From positions 1 through 64,000 of the forward strand of contig JBGSMD010000039.1 of NCBI GenBank assembly GCA_041740355.1: a stretch of 64,000 nt of DNA, given 5' to 3'. This DNA is from Bdellovibrionota bacterium. Its GTDB lineage: Bacteria > Bdellovibrionota_C > UBA2361 > CALJRW01. Made by a program: the position numbers and the translations under genes. The stretch's first letter is position 1. Each line of letters starts with the position of its first letter. Below the pieces are notes generated by a model. The model had not been told where the DNA came from. It made no database searches and saw only the letters and a list, made by a program, of their open reading frames with translations. Below are positions 10,088 to 21,105 of the stretch, in pieces.

Positions 10088-10566
10088 AATCTTCAAAAAA
10101 TATTTGCGAAGCAAATAAAAGATTATGAAGATTTTATCACGTCGAAGCTCTTAATTGACTTCATGACTTTAAAACATCTTCTAGCGACGACGGATTAAAT
10201 GCTATTTATCCAGACTTTTGATAGAAATTATTTGCGAAGCAAATAATAGATTACGAAGATTTTATCGCGCCAGAGCCCATAGCTATCTTCTTTATACTTA
10301 TGATCTTCTGGCGACGACGGATTGCCTGTCCAAGTTCGAACTCCATGGAGCAACCCGTCGTCGCCAGAAATTATTTAACAGCAAGAAGATATTTGGGGGC
10401 TATGACGAGGTAGAATTTTAGTTAATTAATTCGCAAGGCGAAGGTCTTCCTTTTACATACAATCCGCCGTCGCTAGAAATTAATCAGCAACAAGTAGTTT
10501 TTTACAGGCTCTGGCGCGATAGAATTTAACTACAAATTCGCCTTGCGAATTTGTAGTTAAATTCTA
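10085..10566. repeat. Four-unit (2 direct + 2 inverted) palindromic repeat cluster, family C
   Basis: Repeated motifs TATTTGCGAAGCAAATA, ATCGCGCCAGAGCC and CTTCTRGCGACGACGGATT with their reverse complements; perfect 22-bp stem at 10520-10566. Confidence 0.85.
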
Positions 10567-11574
10567 CACCCATCTCTTTTTGCGAAAATAGGTAAGGAGT
10601 AGGATAGTTGTAAGAACCATCATCGAAACAATAAAGAAAAATCCATAGTGTCGATCCGCAAAGGGGATTCGATCAAAGTTCATCCCATAAATGCCAGCAA
10701 TTACATTTAGTGGAGCTGTAAGTGTAGTAATAACAGCCAAGACACGCATAATGTCATTTAATCTAACGTTAGATACCGCCAAGTAAACATCGCGCACACT
10801 CCCTAAGTTATCGATCAATCGTTGCAAGGACTGCATCGTCGTACTCATTCGATCTTCAATATTTTTATAATAACGACGAATCTGTCGGCTACTTACTAAG
10901 TTAGGCTCTTGTGAAAGTCTAGAGAAAATTGTTTTCTGATCGCGGGCAATCGATATCAAAATGTTCAAGTCACGTTTGATATCTAAAAGATTTAACATAT
11001 CAAACTTTTCAGGTCTTTGGATAATGTCATCTTCAATCAAGTCGATTTCGTCTTCAAAGTAATTAACTCCACGAAGAAATCGGGAGGAGAGGGTATTACA
11101 GATCCGAAGCGCCAAATCTTGTGGGTTAAAGTTTTCGTAAATCTCAGGGCTATTCTTAAATTGTCTTAAAAAGGCATCTAACCAAGACACTTCATATAAG
11201 CGGTGGGTAATAATGAAATTCTTACCCAAAAAAATACCAATACCACGAGTTAATTTCTCGGAGTTATATTCTTCATCGAGTTCTTCACTATTTCGAATCT
11301 CTTCTATTTCAGCAGTATTCTTCAGTCCTCGAATCATTAAGAAGAGGCAATTATTGAATTCTTCCAATTTAGGAAAGTGACCAATAGTAAAACAGTCTTC
11401 TATGGCCAATTCGTGTAATTGAAAAAAATTAGCCAGTTCATCTAAGTCTTCTGGCTGATCAGTTTCCACGTCAACCCAAATTAAATCATTCTCTGCTACT
11501 TGTGCCAGACAGGACAAATCTTCGTAGATCTCAATTTTAGAACCAAATTTTTTAAGATAAATTGTTAAATCCAT
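10564..11574 (-). CDS. corA: Magnesium transporter CorA
   Basis: LHELAIED, GIYGMNF motif, two C-terminal TMs. Confidence 0.93.
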   Translation of the reverse strand: MDLTIYLKKFGSKIEIYEDLSCLAQVAENDLIWVDVETDQPEDLDELANFFQLHELAIEDCFTIGHFPKLEEFNNCLFLMIRGLKNTAEIEEIRNSEELDEEYNSEKLTRGIGIFLGKNFIITHRLYEVSWLDAFLRQFKNSPEIYENFNPQDLALRICNTLSSRFLRGVNYFEDEIDLIEDDIIQRPEKFDMLNLLDIKRDLNILISIARDQKTIFSRLSQEPNLVSSRQIRRYYKNIEDRMSTTMQSLQRLIDNLGSVRDVYLAVSNVRLNDIMRVLAVITTLTAPLNVIAGIYGMNFDRIPFADRHYGFFFIVSMMVLTTILLLTYFRKKRWV

Positions 11575-11864
11575 TATTTTCCTAACAAGCCACTCGATAT
11601 CAGGGTCAATTTATATAATAATCTTAGTTTAGTACAGGCTATAAATAACTTGCTGTCTGTTTAATTGTTATTTAGCAAATAATAAATTTCAATAAATGCT
11701 TCAAAAATAATACTTAGTAGGATTGGCTAAAAACTCAAAATTGCAACTTTACTTTTAAGATTCCGCTATATTGCTTTGCGAAACAATACTTTCGTTCAAG
11801 TCAAATAATCCAAGTGACAATATTTGAATTATTTAGGTTTTTATAGTATTAAAACTTAACTTAA

Positions 11865-11938
11865 GGCGACGTAGCTCAGATGGTTAGAGCGCAGCATTCA
11901 TAACGCTGAGGTCGGTAGTTCGATCCTACCCGTCGCTA
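11865..11938 (+). tRNA. tRNA-Met (CAT), probably elongator; CCA not encoded
   Basis: GGCGACG/CGTCGCT acceptor stem, TAGCTCAG-TGG D arm, TTCATAA anticodon loop, GTTCGA T loop; Ile2 not excluded. Confidence 0.9.
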
Positions 11939-12052
11939 CACTCCCCTCTAAATTTCAATCTATCTCCCATTTACAAGCTCCATAAGTTATTTATGGAGCA
12001 CTCTCATTTTTTCTGAGTAGCCAAAAATCAGATATTTTAGTATTTTACGGAA

Positions 12053-12622
12053 ATGTCAGCTGTAATAAACTATTATTCAATTCTTGGTGTAAGCCAGACA
12101 GCAAAGAAACGTGAGATAACGATTGCTTATCGAAAATTAGCTCTGAAGTATCACCCAGATCTAATAAAATCAAATGAAACGCTAATTGACTTTAGTGAAA
12201 TCAATGAAGCTTACAGGAATCTTTGTGACTCACAATTACGAGCTAAATTGGATCAAGCCTTAAAGGTTTCCATTAATCAAAATTCAGGAATTAAAGCTCC
12301 TAAGCAATTCTCTCCAATCAATCAGATTAAGAATATTTATTGGCCAACAATTATCCAAAAGCTTAAGAAATTTACTAAAGTCGATACTAATAGCTTTTAC
12401 TCCGACTTGGAACTTAGTAAGTCTTTTGCAGAAGAGGGCGGTTACCAAGAATTTGCCTTTCAAATTATCAATCAAGATTCTCTTGGTAACGAAATCAGAA
12501 AAGAAAAGAAATTAAAGATCTCTATCCCAGCTAAAATCAAGGATGGTACCATTCTTCACCTCAAAGGATTTAAAGATGAATACATTGATGAGATTCATTT
12601 TAAAATTAAAGTAGTTAATTAA
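12053..12622 (+). CDS. DnaJ-domain protein (CbpA-like)
   Basis: NYYSILGV, KYHPD J-domain, C-terminal IPAKIKDGTILHLKG. Confidence 0.85.
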   Translation: MSAVINYYSILGVSQTAKKREITIAYRKLALKYHPDLIKSNETLIDFSEINEAYRNLCDSQLRAKLDQALKVSINQNSGIKAPKQFSPINQIKNIYWPTIIQKLKKFTKVDTNSFYSDLELSKSFAEEGGYQEFAFQIINQDSLGNEIRKEKKLKISIPAKIKDGTILHLKGFKDEYIDEIHFKIKVVN

Positions 12623-12699
12623 TAACTAGCAATCTGAAGTTGTGCCTTATTTTTTAGTGTTTGCTTGAAAAAGTGACTAATCATGCTTACAAGTTAAGT

Positions 12700-15339
12700 A
12701 TGAATCAAGAAAAACTTACTTACCACACAAACGAAGTCCTTACTAAGGCTCAGGCTTTAGCACTCCAAAATAATCACCAAGAAGTACGATTGGAGCATTT
12801 AATATTAGCTGCCCTAGACACTGAAAATAATATTATTACAGCTGTACTTAGCAGGATTGGAGTTCCGCTAAATGATTTTAGATCTGCTATTAAATCCGAG
12901 TTTGATAAGATTCCACAGATTACTGGTTCTGGAGCTGAAGCTAATCAACTTATCTACAGTAACAGTTTAAATAAGATCCTATTAAAATCTGAACTTCAAG
13001 CAAAAGCTTTAGGTGATGAACTATTAGCTGTCGAGCATTTCTTGTTACAATTCTTAAAAGACAAGCAACCTGATAATATTTATCAGATATTTTCAAATTT
13101 TAAGATTTCAGAACAAAGATTTCTAGCTGCTTTAAAGGAATTTAGAGGCACACGGAAGGTGACCTCTCAAAATGCGGAAGAAACCTATGACGTACTTAAT
13201 AAATATGGGCGAGATCTAGTTTTAGAAGTCAGTAACGGAAAAACAGACCCAGTAATAGGTCGAGATGAGGAAATTCGCCGAGTAATTAAGATTCTATCTC
13301 GTAAGACCAAAAACAATCCAGTCTTAATTGGGGATCCCGGTGTTGGGAAAACTGCGATTGCCGAAGGGCTAGCCCAAAGAATTTATCGAGGAGATGTCCC
13401 TGAGGGATTAAAAGATAAGACTATTTTCTCGCTAGATTTAGGAGCGTTGGTAGCTGGTGCTAAATTCCGAGGTGAATTTGAAGAAAGGCTTAAAGCAGTG
13501 CTTCATGAAGTAACAGCATCGGAAGGTAAGATTATCTTATTTATTGATGAACTTCACACCATCGTCGGAGCAGGTCGGTCAGATGGGGCACTGGACGCCG
13601 GCAATATGCTAAAACCATTACTAGCTAGGGGAGAACTTCACTGTATTGGAGCGACAACCCTAGATGAGTATCGCAAGTATATTGAAAAAGACAAAGCACT
13701 AGAAAGAAGATTTCAAACAGTATTAGTCGATCAACCGACAGTAGAGGATACGATCTCAATCTTAAGGGGAATTAAAGATCGTTTTGAAGTCCACCATGGA
13801 GTACGAATTCAAGATAAAGCTCTGATTGCGGCGGCAGTTCTATCAAACCGCTACATTTCTGATCGTTTTTTACCTGACAAAGCAATTGACCTAATGGACG
13901 AAGCTTGTGCTTCAATTCGGATTGAAATTGACTCTCTTCCAGCTGAATTAGACATTATTAACAGAAAAATTACTCAATTAGAGATTGAAGAGCAGGCACT
14001 TTTGAAAGAACAGGATGCAGCTAGCCTGGAACGTTTAGCGAAATTGAAAGAAGATCTTTCTACACTGAAAGAACAATCTCAAACCATGAGTATCAAGTGG
14101 TTTGGAGAAAAAGATAAGCTAACTCAGATCAAGGAATTAAAGGAGAATATTGATCAAACTAAACGTCAAATTGAAGCTGCCACAAGGATTTATGATTTGA
14201 GCAAGGCTGCTGAATTAACACATGGAGTCTTGCCTGAATTAGCAAAAAAACTAGCACTACTTGAAGCTAATCAAGAAAATATGACTCCCGAAAGCCATCT
14301 TTTAAAAGAAGTTGTTACTGAAAATGAAATCGCCGATGTGGTTTCTAAATGGACAGGCATACCATTAAGTAAACTTGTAGAAGGCGAAAAGAAAAAATTA
14401 CTTAACTTAACTACTGAACTTGGATCACAGGTAATTGGACAAGAAGAAGCTGTGCAGTTGGTGGCCGATGCTGTTGTTCGAGCTAGAGCGGGGATTAAAG
14501 ACCCACGAAGACCAATTGGATCATTCATTTTCTTAGGCCCTACTGGAGTTGGTAAAACAGAGTTAGCCAAAGCAATTGCTAGGACCTTATTCGATGCTGA
14601 AGACAATATCATCCGAATTGATATGTCAGAGTACATGGAAAAATTCGCTGTTTCCCGTTTAATTGGAGCCCCTCCGGGATATGTGGGTTACGATGAAGGG
14701 GGACAATTAACGGAAGCTGTCAGACGCAAACCATATTCTGTGATTCTATTTGATGAGATTGAAAAAGCTCACCCCGATGTTTTTAATATCCTTTTACAGA
14801 TACTAGATGATGGTCGAATAACTGATAGCCAAGGTCACTTGGTAGATTTTAAAAATACTATTATTATCATGACTTCGAATTTGGGCTCTGAATATTTACT
14901 TCATGGTATTGATCAAAATGGAAAGATTAAAGAATCAACTAGACAAGAAGTTATGGGAACACTGCGACAAGTTTTTCGTCCCGAATTTTTAAATCGAATT
15001 GATGAAACAATCCTCTTTAAGCCATTATTACCTAATGAAATCAAACAGATAGTCGATCTGCTAATTTCTGATTTGAGCACTAGATTAGAAGATCGAAACT
15101 TAAAAATTCAGATCAGTGAAGAGGCTCGAGAGCATTTTGCAAAAGTTGGATACGATAGTGTTTATGGTGCAAGACCACTTAAAAGATATCTACAAAGAGT
15201 CTTAGAAACAAAGATTGCTCGAAAACTTTTGGAGTCGGAAAAAGTTACCGGACAAACAATTTGGGTGGAATTAGTTGGCGATCAAATTGAAATCAACTTA
15301 CAAAACGATCAACTGGGACATGGATTTGAAATGCATTAG
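12700..15339 (+). CDS. clpB: Chaperone ClpB
   Basis: Two AAA modules ([16 protein letters not shown]), coiled-coil middle domain; ATG 12700 preferred over TTG 12661. Confidence 0.96.
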   Translation: MNQEKLTYHTNEVLTKAQALALQNNHQEVRLEHLILAALDTENNIITAVLSRIGVPLNDFRSAIKSEFDKIPQITGSGAEANQLIYSNSLNKILLKSELQAKALGDELLAVEHFLLQFLKDKQPDNIYQIFSNFKISEQRFLAALKEFRGTRKVTSQNAEETYDVLNKYGRDLVLEVSNGKTDPVIGRDEEIRRVIKILSRKTKNNPVLIGDPGVGKTAIAEGLAQRIYRGDVPEGLKDKTIFSLDLGALVAGAKFRGEFEERLKAVLHEVTASEGKIILFIDELHTIVGAGRSDGALDAGNMLKPLLARGELHCIGATTLDEYRKYIEKDKALERRFQTVLVDQPTVEDTISILRGIKDRFEVHHGVRIQDKALIAAAVLSNRYISDRFLPDKAIDLMDEACASIRIEIDSLPAELDIINRKITQLEIEEQALLKEQDAASLERLAKLKEDLSTLKEQSQTMSIKWFGEKDKLTQIKELKENIDQTKRQIEAATRIYDLSKAAELTHGVLPELAKKLALLEANQENMTPESHLLKEVVTENEIADVVSKWTGIPLSKLVEGEKKKLLNLTTELGSQVIGQEEAVQLVADAVVRARAGIKDPRRPIGSFIFLGPTGVGKTELAKAIARTLFDAEDNIIRIDMSEYMEKFAVSRLIGAPPGYVGYDEGGQLTEAVRRKPYSVILFDEIEKAHPDVFNILLQILDDGRITDSQGHLVDFKNTIIIMTSNLGSEYLLHGIDQNGKIKESTRQEVMGTLRQVFRPEFLNRIDETILFKPLLPNEIKQIVDLLISDLSTRLEDRNLKIQISEEAREHFAKVGYDSVYGARPLKRYLQRVLETKIARKLLESEKVTGQTIWVELVGDQIEINLQNDQLGHGFEMH

Positions 15340-15570
15340 CCCGCCAAGCTAGGCAACTTTCTGGGGAAGTTCCAAACTTCCCCAGACCTCCCTCAAAAAA
15401 ATATTCATATTTCGAAAAAAAAACATATTGCCAAGCATCAAAGTCGATGTCATTATCAACTTTAGTGATACCGAACTAGTTTCGGTTTTTAAAAAACTTA
15501 TCAAACGTTTGTTTAGTTTGATTTTTTATACAAAAGTTTTTTGTATAATAATTAATGGAGAAATTTAGTC

Positions 15571-15813
15571 ATGGCCACTAAAAAACCAGCTGCTAAGAAA
15601 CCAGTAGCTAAAAAAACTGTTGCGAAAAAACCTGCTGTTAAAAAAGCTGTTGTAGCTAAAAAACCAGCGGTTAAAAAAGCTGTTGCAAAAAAACCAGCTG
15701 TTAAAAAAGCTGTTGTAGCTAAAAAACCAGCTGCTAAGAAAAAAACAGTTGCTAAAAAAGCTGTTGCAAAAAAACCAGCTGCTAAGAAAAAAACAGTTGC
15801 CAAGAAGAAGTAG
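15571..15813 (+). CDS. Histone H1-like Lys/Ala/Pro-rich nucleoid protein
   Basis: Repeated KKPA(V/A)KK; GGAG SD upstream and terminator downstream. Confidence 0.8.
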   Translation: MATKKPAAKKPVAKKTVAKKPAVKKAVVAKKPAVKKAVAKKPAVKKAVVAKKPAAKKKTVAKKAVAKKPAAKKKTVAKKK

Positions 15814-15834
15814 TTAATTCTTTCTTGTCATGTT

Positions 15835-15862
15835 AAAGCCCTATTTATAGGGCTTTTTTTTT
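15835..15862 (+). terminator. Rho-independent terminator
   Basis: AAAGCCCTAT-TT-ATAGGGCTTT followed by a T run. Confidence 0.85.
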
Positions 15863-15989
15863 GCCAAAATCCCTTTTCGATTTTTCCTGTAGCAGGATCA
15901 ATTCGATACTGCTACAGATCTCAGTAAGCATAATCTTCTCAAAAAATTGAATTTCAATATTTTGAATCATAGTATTTCGATAATTTAGG

Positions 15990-17525
15990 TTGGCAAAAAA
16001 TCTGATGGCACTATTAAGATCTCTACTGATTCCAATAACCTGTTTGATAATTGCCTATCTATCACTAGTTTGCTTTCAGATGTCTGGAATGGCTGATGAT
16101 CCAGGACTTGGCTGGCATCTAGCAACTGGAAAGTGGGCAGTTAACAATAACTTCCTACCACCGAACCATGATCCATTCCTAGCTAATTCTGAGCCAAGAA
16201 AATGGATCTCCGATCAATGGATTTGTGACATCATCTTATATTTGACTCAAAATTATTTGGGATGGGAAACATTGTATGCTTTAGTTACAAGTATTTTCAT
16301 AATAGTTTTTACTGTCACTTGCTTTTACACCTGTTCATACCGAAAGATTAGTCCTGCTTTCGCTTCGATTGCTTACTTATTTGGACTAAAACTAGCTTCA
16401 GTGCATTTTATTGTTCGTCCTGTAATCTTTAGCTTTGCTTTATTTGCGGTTGTCTTTTTATTTTTAATCAAAATACATTCACGTCAGAGAGTTACTATCT
16501 GGGAATGGATTTTCTGCCCTTTAATTTTCCTACTCTGGGCAAATTCTCACCCTTCGTTCATTCTTGGATTGGCCATGATCGTCTTAATGGCAGTAAGCTT
16601 AATAATTGAAAAGTTCTTTACCAAAGACTTAGAATGTCGAAAGGAACTGATACCCCAGTTGCTGATCTTAACATTAGCTTGTCTGTTTATATCATTTCTA
16701 AACCCATATGGATCAGAACTCCATAGGAGTATTTTATACCTTTCAAATAGTACTTATTTTTTAAACCTCAATGAAGAATGGAAATCTCTATCTTTACAAA
16801 CGGCGGAGGGTCAATGCTTTACCTTTATCTCTTCTGTAATCATTATGGGACTCTTTATTTACGGTCGTCAAAACCTCAAATATCGAACATTTGAAGCCAT
16901 TTGTTGTCTAATTTTTGCTTTCTTAAGCCTTCGGTCTGTTCGCTTCTTGCCATACTTTGCGATCTGCCTAATTCCACTACTTGCGGCAACTATTGAAGTG
17001 TTTTGGACTAGCAAAGTTAGAAAAGTATTCTCAGTGAATTTAGTAAGAAGCTATCAAATGAGTGTGCTTATTTCCTGCTTGCTATCCCTTACCATCACAG
17101 TCAATGCCATACAAAACCAAAAGATCTTTGGTTATCAAGATAAATTTGGCCTTAGTGCAGAAAAATTCCCAGAGAAGGCCCTCCAAGAGATTAAAAGTCT
17201 AGAAGGTTTACCAAAAACAATTCTATCTACTCCAAATTGGGGAGGTTTTATTATCTGGCAAGGCAAGGGGACTATAAAGCCAGTCATTGACGATCGAAAT
17301 ACTCTCTTAGGCGAGGAGTTCTATCGGCGGTTTTTTAAGGCCAAAAATCGACCGAAGGATTTTATTAATTTAGCACACGAACTAAATGCCACTTTCATTC
17401 TACTCCCGATGGAAGACGAGCTAATTAAAGATTTAATACGAGCTAGGCAAGTAAAAGTTATCTTTCAAGATAATCATGCTATTCTTTTTCAACTAGTTAA
17501 ATCTGCACAAATAGATAGTAAATAA
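15990..17525 (+). CDS. Multi-TM membrane protein, probable GT-C glycosyltransferase
   Basis: DDPGLGWHL early loop, about 10 TM helices, LWANSH, soluble C-terminal domain. Confidence 0.55.
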   Translation: MAKNLMALLRSLLIPITCLIIAYLSLVCFQMSGMADDPGLGWHLATGKWAVNNNFLPPNHDPFLANSEPRKWISDQWICDIILYLTQNYLGWETLYALVTSIFIIVFTVTCFYTCSYRKISPAFASIAYLFGLKLASVHFIVRPVIFSFALFAVVFLFLIKIHSRQRVTIWEWIFCPLIFLLWANSHPSFILGLAMIVLMAVSLIIEKFFTKDLECRKELIPQLLILTLACLFISFLNPYGSELHRSILYLSNSTYFLNLNEEWKSLSLQTAEGQCFTFISSVIIMGLFIYGRQNLKYRTFEAICCLIFAFLSLRSVRFLPYFAICLIPLLAATIEVFWTSKVRKVFSVNLVRSYQMSVLISCLLSLTITVNAIQNQKIFGYQDKFGLSAEKFPEKALQEIKSLEGLPKTILSTPNWGGFIIWQGKGTIKPVIDDRNTLLGEEFYRRFFKAKNRPKDFINLAHELNATFILLPMEDELIKDLIRARQVKVIFQDNHAILFQLVKSAQIDSK

Positions 17526-17552
17526 TACAAAGCTTACCCAAAACTCAGGTTA

Positions 17553-18839
17553 ATGATTTATATGCCAAATTTTACTTCTAAATTTCTATTACTCAGCATC
17601 TCGTTACTCATCTCAATATTCATTATAACTCCACTCAACTTAATCGAGATCGATAACGGCACACTTATTATGTCTGATTTTGCCAACTATGTTACACATA
17701 TTGGTGAATTCTGGTTCAATGGTAAAATCAATTTATATGATCTAGCGACTCAAGAAGAAATCAATTCCTCGATTGCTGGATTCGAAGTTATTGGAGCACT
17801 TCCTTTAGGAATTACACCAATTGCAACATTTGTATTTTTACCATTTTCACTTATTGCACAATACGATCTTAAAATTTCACAGATTTGCTGGGTAACTATA
17901 TCCCTCTACCTATTTCTATCCACAATATTTCACCCTTTGATTTTGATATTTAAAAAAAATAGCTTCCGTGAGAGAGCCATTATTTTGACTGTCCTGACTA
18001 TCGGATTAAACTCCGCAGTAATGTATGTTTCAATAACTCTTGGGCAGACATCACTCATAGCTGCTGCGCTTATTTTACAATTGCTAATATTAACGAGATC
18101 TCCTCGTAATAATTTATACACAATTTGTTCATTTGTTTGTCTTAGCATCAAACCAACATACGCAATCTTTGGGGCAGCAATACTAATCGCTCAAGGTCGC
18201 TTCAAAACAGTCCTCCTAGGATTATGCACCTGCATCATTCTAACTTTAATATTTACATTTTTTGCAGGAACTTCTTGGCCAACTGAGTACCTCGAAAACA
18301 TCATGACTTTCTCAAATCATGTAAACTACAAAAGTTATCAAAACCCTTTTCTATCTGGCACATCAAATGTGATTAGAAATATATTGGTCGATTATTGGTC
18401 GGCAGAGTATGCCTTAAAAATCTCACAAATTCTTTTTTATCTAGGTCTTGCGATTGTGATGATAGGAGCAACAATAGTTGTCTTGTTCCAAAAAAATTAT
18501 AAAATCGATTCCCAAAAATATCTATATTTATCGATAACATTTATTTATTTTTATCTTTTATTTGCTACCTATGTTGGTTTTTACGAAGATTTAATCTTAT
18601 TTGCGCTAATGTTCTACACTCTTAAAGTTACTATTGATTCCGAAGTGAAACCTTTTAGTAAAGGCTTATTACTATTATCTTTGTTTACAAGCTTCCTAGT
18701 TTTTAATTTCGCTTTTCTTCAAAACTGCCCTAGCATAATATTTTGGTTCTCTAAGTTGATTTTGATTTTGTCTTTTCAAATAATTCTTTTTTCACGTTTA
18801 AAATCGCTGAAAATTCCGACCATTCAATCTAATGTATAA
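17553..18839 (+). CDS. GT87/DUF2029-like membrane glycosyltransferase
   Basis: SDF..Y, LGQ, SIKP motifs, multiple TMs. Confidence 0.6.
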   Translation: MIYMPNFTSKFLLLSISLLISIFIITPLNLIEIDNGTLIMSDFANYVTHIGEFWFNGKINLYDLATQEEINSSIAGFEVIGALPLGITPIATFVFLPFSLIAQYDLKISQICWVTISLYLFLSTIFHPLILIFKKNSFRERAIILTVLTIGLNSAVMYVSITLGQTSLIAAALILQLLILTRSPRNNLYTICSFVCLSIKPTYAIFGAAILIAQGRFKTVLLGLCTCIILTLIFTFFAGTSWPTEYLENIMTFSNHVNYKSYQNPFLSGTSNVIRNILVDYWSAEYALKISQILFYLGLAIVMIGATIVVLFQKNYKIDSQKYLYLSITFIYFYLLFATYVGFYEDLILFALMFYTLKVTIDSEVKPFSKGLLLLSLFTSFLVFNFAFLQNCPSIIFWFSKLILILSFQIILFSRLKSLKIPTIQSNV

Positions 18840-18849
18840 AAATAAAGTG

Positions 18850-19551
18850 TTATATTTTTCTTGCGATTATGAAAAGGGAGCTCCCAAATCTAGTGTTAAT
18901 AATATAATTTTCGACTGAAAAATACCAAACAAGTATTAGATTTAAAAAACTTGGAAGTAATATTGTTTGTTTTGTATCATTTTGATTTTTTTCAATAAGT
19001 AAAAACAATTTTTTTAAGAAATAGAGGCTAGCAAATAAATATCGAGATTCAAGAATTTGGAAACCATGGCTACGAAATAGTGTTTCAATTGCCTCACGCT
19101 GATACCTGCGATAATGAAGATTGATATCGTCGTGTTTGGACCATAGTGAATTGTAAGCGGGAACATTGATTAAGATATGTCCTTGTTTATTTAAAAGCTG
19201 GCCAAGCCTGATGAGCGCACCATTATCATCTTCAATATGCTCAAGCACATCAAGCATCACGATCAAATCATAAGTTTCCGTTGTGTTAAATCTGAGTAGA
19301 TCACAATTATGGATTTTAACATCAGGTATTTGGATTTTTTTAAACAAATCTAGGTCAGGTTCAATAGCTGTGACCTGACCATACCTTCTTAATTCTTTGG
19401 TAACAGTTCCTGAGCCACATCCAACATCTAAGATCTTAATTTTATCGAGCAAAAGGCCTTTAACCTTTCTCATAACAAAATTATTTCTACTATTCCACCA
19501 CCAATGGGTTTCGCTTAAAAAGTGATACTTCTCAACATAGCTCTTCTTCAT
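18850..19551 (-). CDS. Class I SAM-dependent methyltransferase
   Basis: HWW..R, LDVGCGSG, DVLEH, VPA..LWS.HD, HYRRY. Confidence 0.85.
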   Translation of the reverse strand: MKKSYVEKYHFLSETHWWWNSRNNFVMRKVKGLLLDKIKILDVGCGSGTVTKELRRYGQVTAIEPDLDLFKKIQIPDVKIHNCDLLRFNTTETYDLIVMLDVLEHIEDDNGALIRLGQLLNKQGHILINVPAYNSLWSKHDDINLHYRRYQREAIETLFRSHGFQILESRYLFASLYFLKKLFLLIEKNQNDTKQTILLPSFLNLILVWYFSVENYIINTRFGSSLFIIARKI

Positions 19552-19555
19552 TGAA

Positions 19556-20506
19556 TTACATATTTATTTTTTGATTAATTATAAATTGAGGTCGTCGTTT
19601 AACTTCTTCATAAATACGACCAATATATTCTCCAATAATTCCAAGAATAAAGAGGGTAACGCCAAAAAGACTTATTATGATAAAAATTAATGATGTATAT
19701 CCAACTGGCGTAGAATGCCAGACGTACTTGGCAACTAGAGTATATAATATAAAGCAACTAGACATTAAAATTAAACCTAAACCCAAGAGGCTAGCTAACC
19801 TAAGTGGTAATAATGAGAAAGAACAAAGTCCACTACTTGCGAGTAAGATAAGTTTTAATAATGAATATTTACTTTGACCAGAGTAACGAGAATGCCTTTC
19901 TAACAAAATGCCCGTCTGTTTAAATCCAACCCAAGCTCGCAAACCACGAATATACTTATAGGACTCAGGAGCATCGGCAATGAAACGACAGATCTTCTGG
20001 CTAAAGATGGAAAAATCACCCGCGTCTAAGGGCATTTCCTGATAAGAAATTAGATTTAAGAAGCGATAGTATACAAAATACATAATCCGCAAACGTAAGT
20101 CTTCCTTACGCTTAGTACGAATTGCGTAGACCACGTCATAGCCTTCTAGATATTTATCTAAAAGTATCCTTAGATCTTTTGGATGATCCTGTAGATCAGA
20201 ATCCATCACAACGACAGCATCACCTTGGGCGTATGTTAATCCACAATTTATTGCTTTCTGATGACCAAAATTTCTAGACAGAGACAAGCACTTAATTGAT
20301 GGGTTTGACTCCGCTAGCTCTTGGATAATTCTTAGTGAACTATCGGTACTGCCGTCATCAACCAAAATAATTTCATAAGTATGAATTAACTCAAAGGAGA
20401 GCTCATTAAGATTATTTACCAATTCAGACAGAAACTCCTTAATCAGATCTTCTTCATTGAAAACAGGTGAAACAATGCTTAGGAATAGGGGTTTTGGGTC
20501 TGTCAT
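19556..20506 (-). CDS. GT2 polyprenol-phosphate glycosyltransferase (GtrB/ArnC-like)
   Basis: PVFNE, VDDGSTD, RNFGHQ, MDSDLQD, two C-terminal TMs, GEYIGRIY. Confidence 0.9.
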   Translation of the reverse strand: MTDPKPLFLSIVSPVFNEEDLIKEFLSELVNNLNELSFELIHTYEIILVDDGSTDSSLRIIQELAESNPSIKCLSLSRNFGHQKAINCGLTYAQGDAVVVMDSDLQDHPKDLRILLDKYLEGYDVVYAIRTKRKEDLRLRIMYFVYYRFLNLISYQEMPLDAGDFSIFSQKICRFIADAPESYKYIRGLRAWVGFKQTGILLERHSRYSGQSKYSLLKLILLASSGLCSFSLLPLRLASLLGLGLILMSSCFILYTLVAKYVWHSTPVGYTSLIFIIISLFGVTLFILGIIGEYIGRIYEEVKRRPQFIINQKINM

Positions 20507-21102
20507 TTAGCAACTCCTTTGAAATAAATCATTTCCCATAATTTAATAGGCCCTAGTTTTAAATAATATCTTTCTTGTTCTAGTCTACTTAAAAAACTAG
20601 TAAAGATATCTGCCCATTCATGATACTTTCTAGGAAAATTGCCTCGATCTAACCTGGCTAATATCGTTGGAATACTAAACCTTGATGGAAGTACTAAGTC
20701 AAAAATAAAGACTACCGCGTTTGGATTTAACCTAGCTGGTAATTTACTTAATAGGTCATTTACTTGAGTGGTATCCAAATGATGCATCAGGCTATTGATT
20801 AAAATTAGATCATATGTCGATTCATCTTGGTCCAAAAAAGTATTAACATCTGAACAAATTAATACTCGATCACTAGCTTTTTCAATACTCTGAATATATT
20901 CTAAGCTTAAATCAACTCCAGTATAATGATGCCACGCAAAAAAACCGATATTTGTTCCAGGGCCACATCCCAAATCTAACACACGCAGAGAACGATTAGC
21001 TGTTTTCAGATAATTTACAAGGTGGTAAACTTTTTGTTTATAAAATGGCGCTTGCCATAAAGAATATACAACGGGAATATCTAATAAGTTAGCTAACTTC
21101 AT
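20503..21102 (-). CDS. Class I SAM-dependent methyltransferase
   Basis: VLDLGCGPG, GVD, LMHHL; ATG 21102 chosen to avoid overlap with the divergent gene. Confidence 0.8.
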   Translation of the reverse strand: MKLANLLDIPVVYSLWQAPFYKQKVYHLVNYLKTANRSLRVLDLGCGPGTNIGFFAWHHYTGVDLSLEYIQSIEKASDRVLICSDVNTFLDQDESTYDLILINSLMHHLDTTQVNDLLSKLPARLNPNAVVFIFDLVLPSRFSIPTILARLDRGNFPRKYHEWADIFTSFLSRLEQERYYLKLGPIKLWEMIYFKGVAK

Positions 21103-21105
21103 TTC

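Noticed and set aside
10218-10421. 67-aa ORF
   Set aside because: Lies wholly inside the repeat cluster, TTG start, no recognisable motif
10085-10566. CRISPR array or integron attC array
   Set aside because: Units are about 110 bp, mixed in orientation and degenerate; no constant repeat-spacer period, cas genes or cassette ORFs
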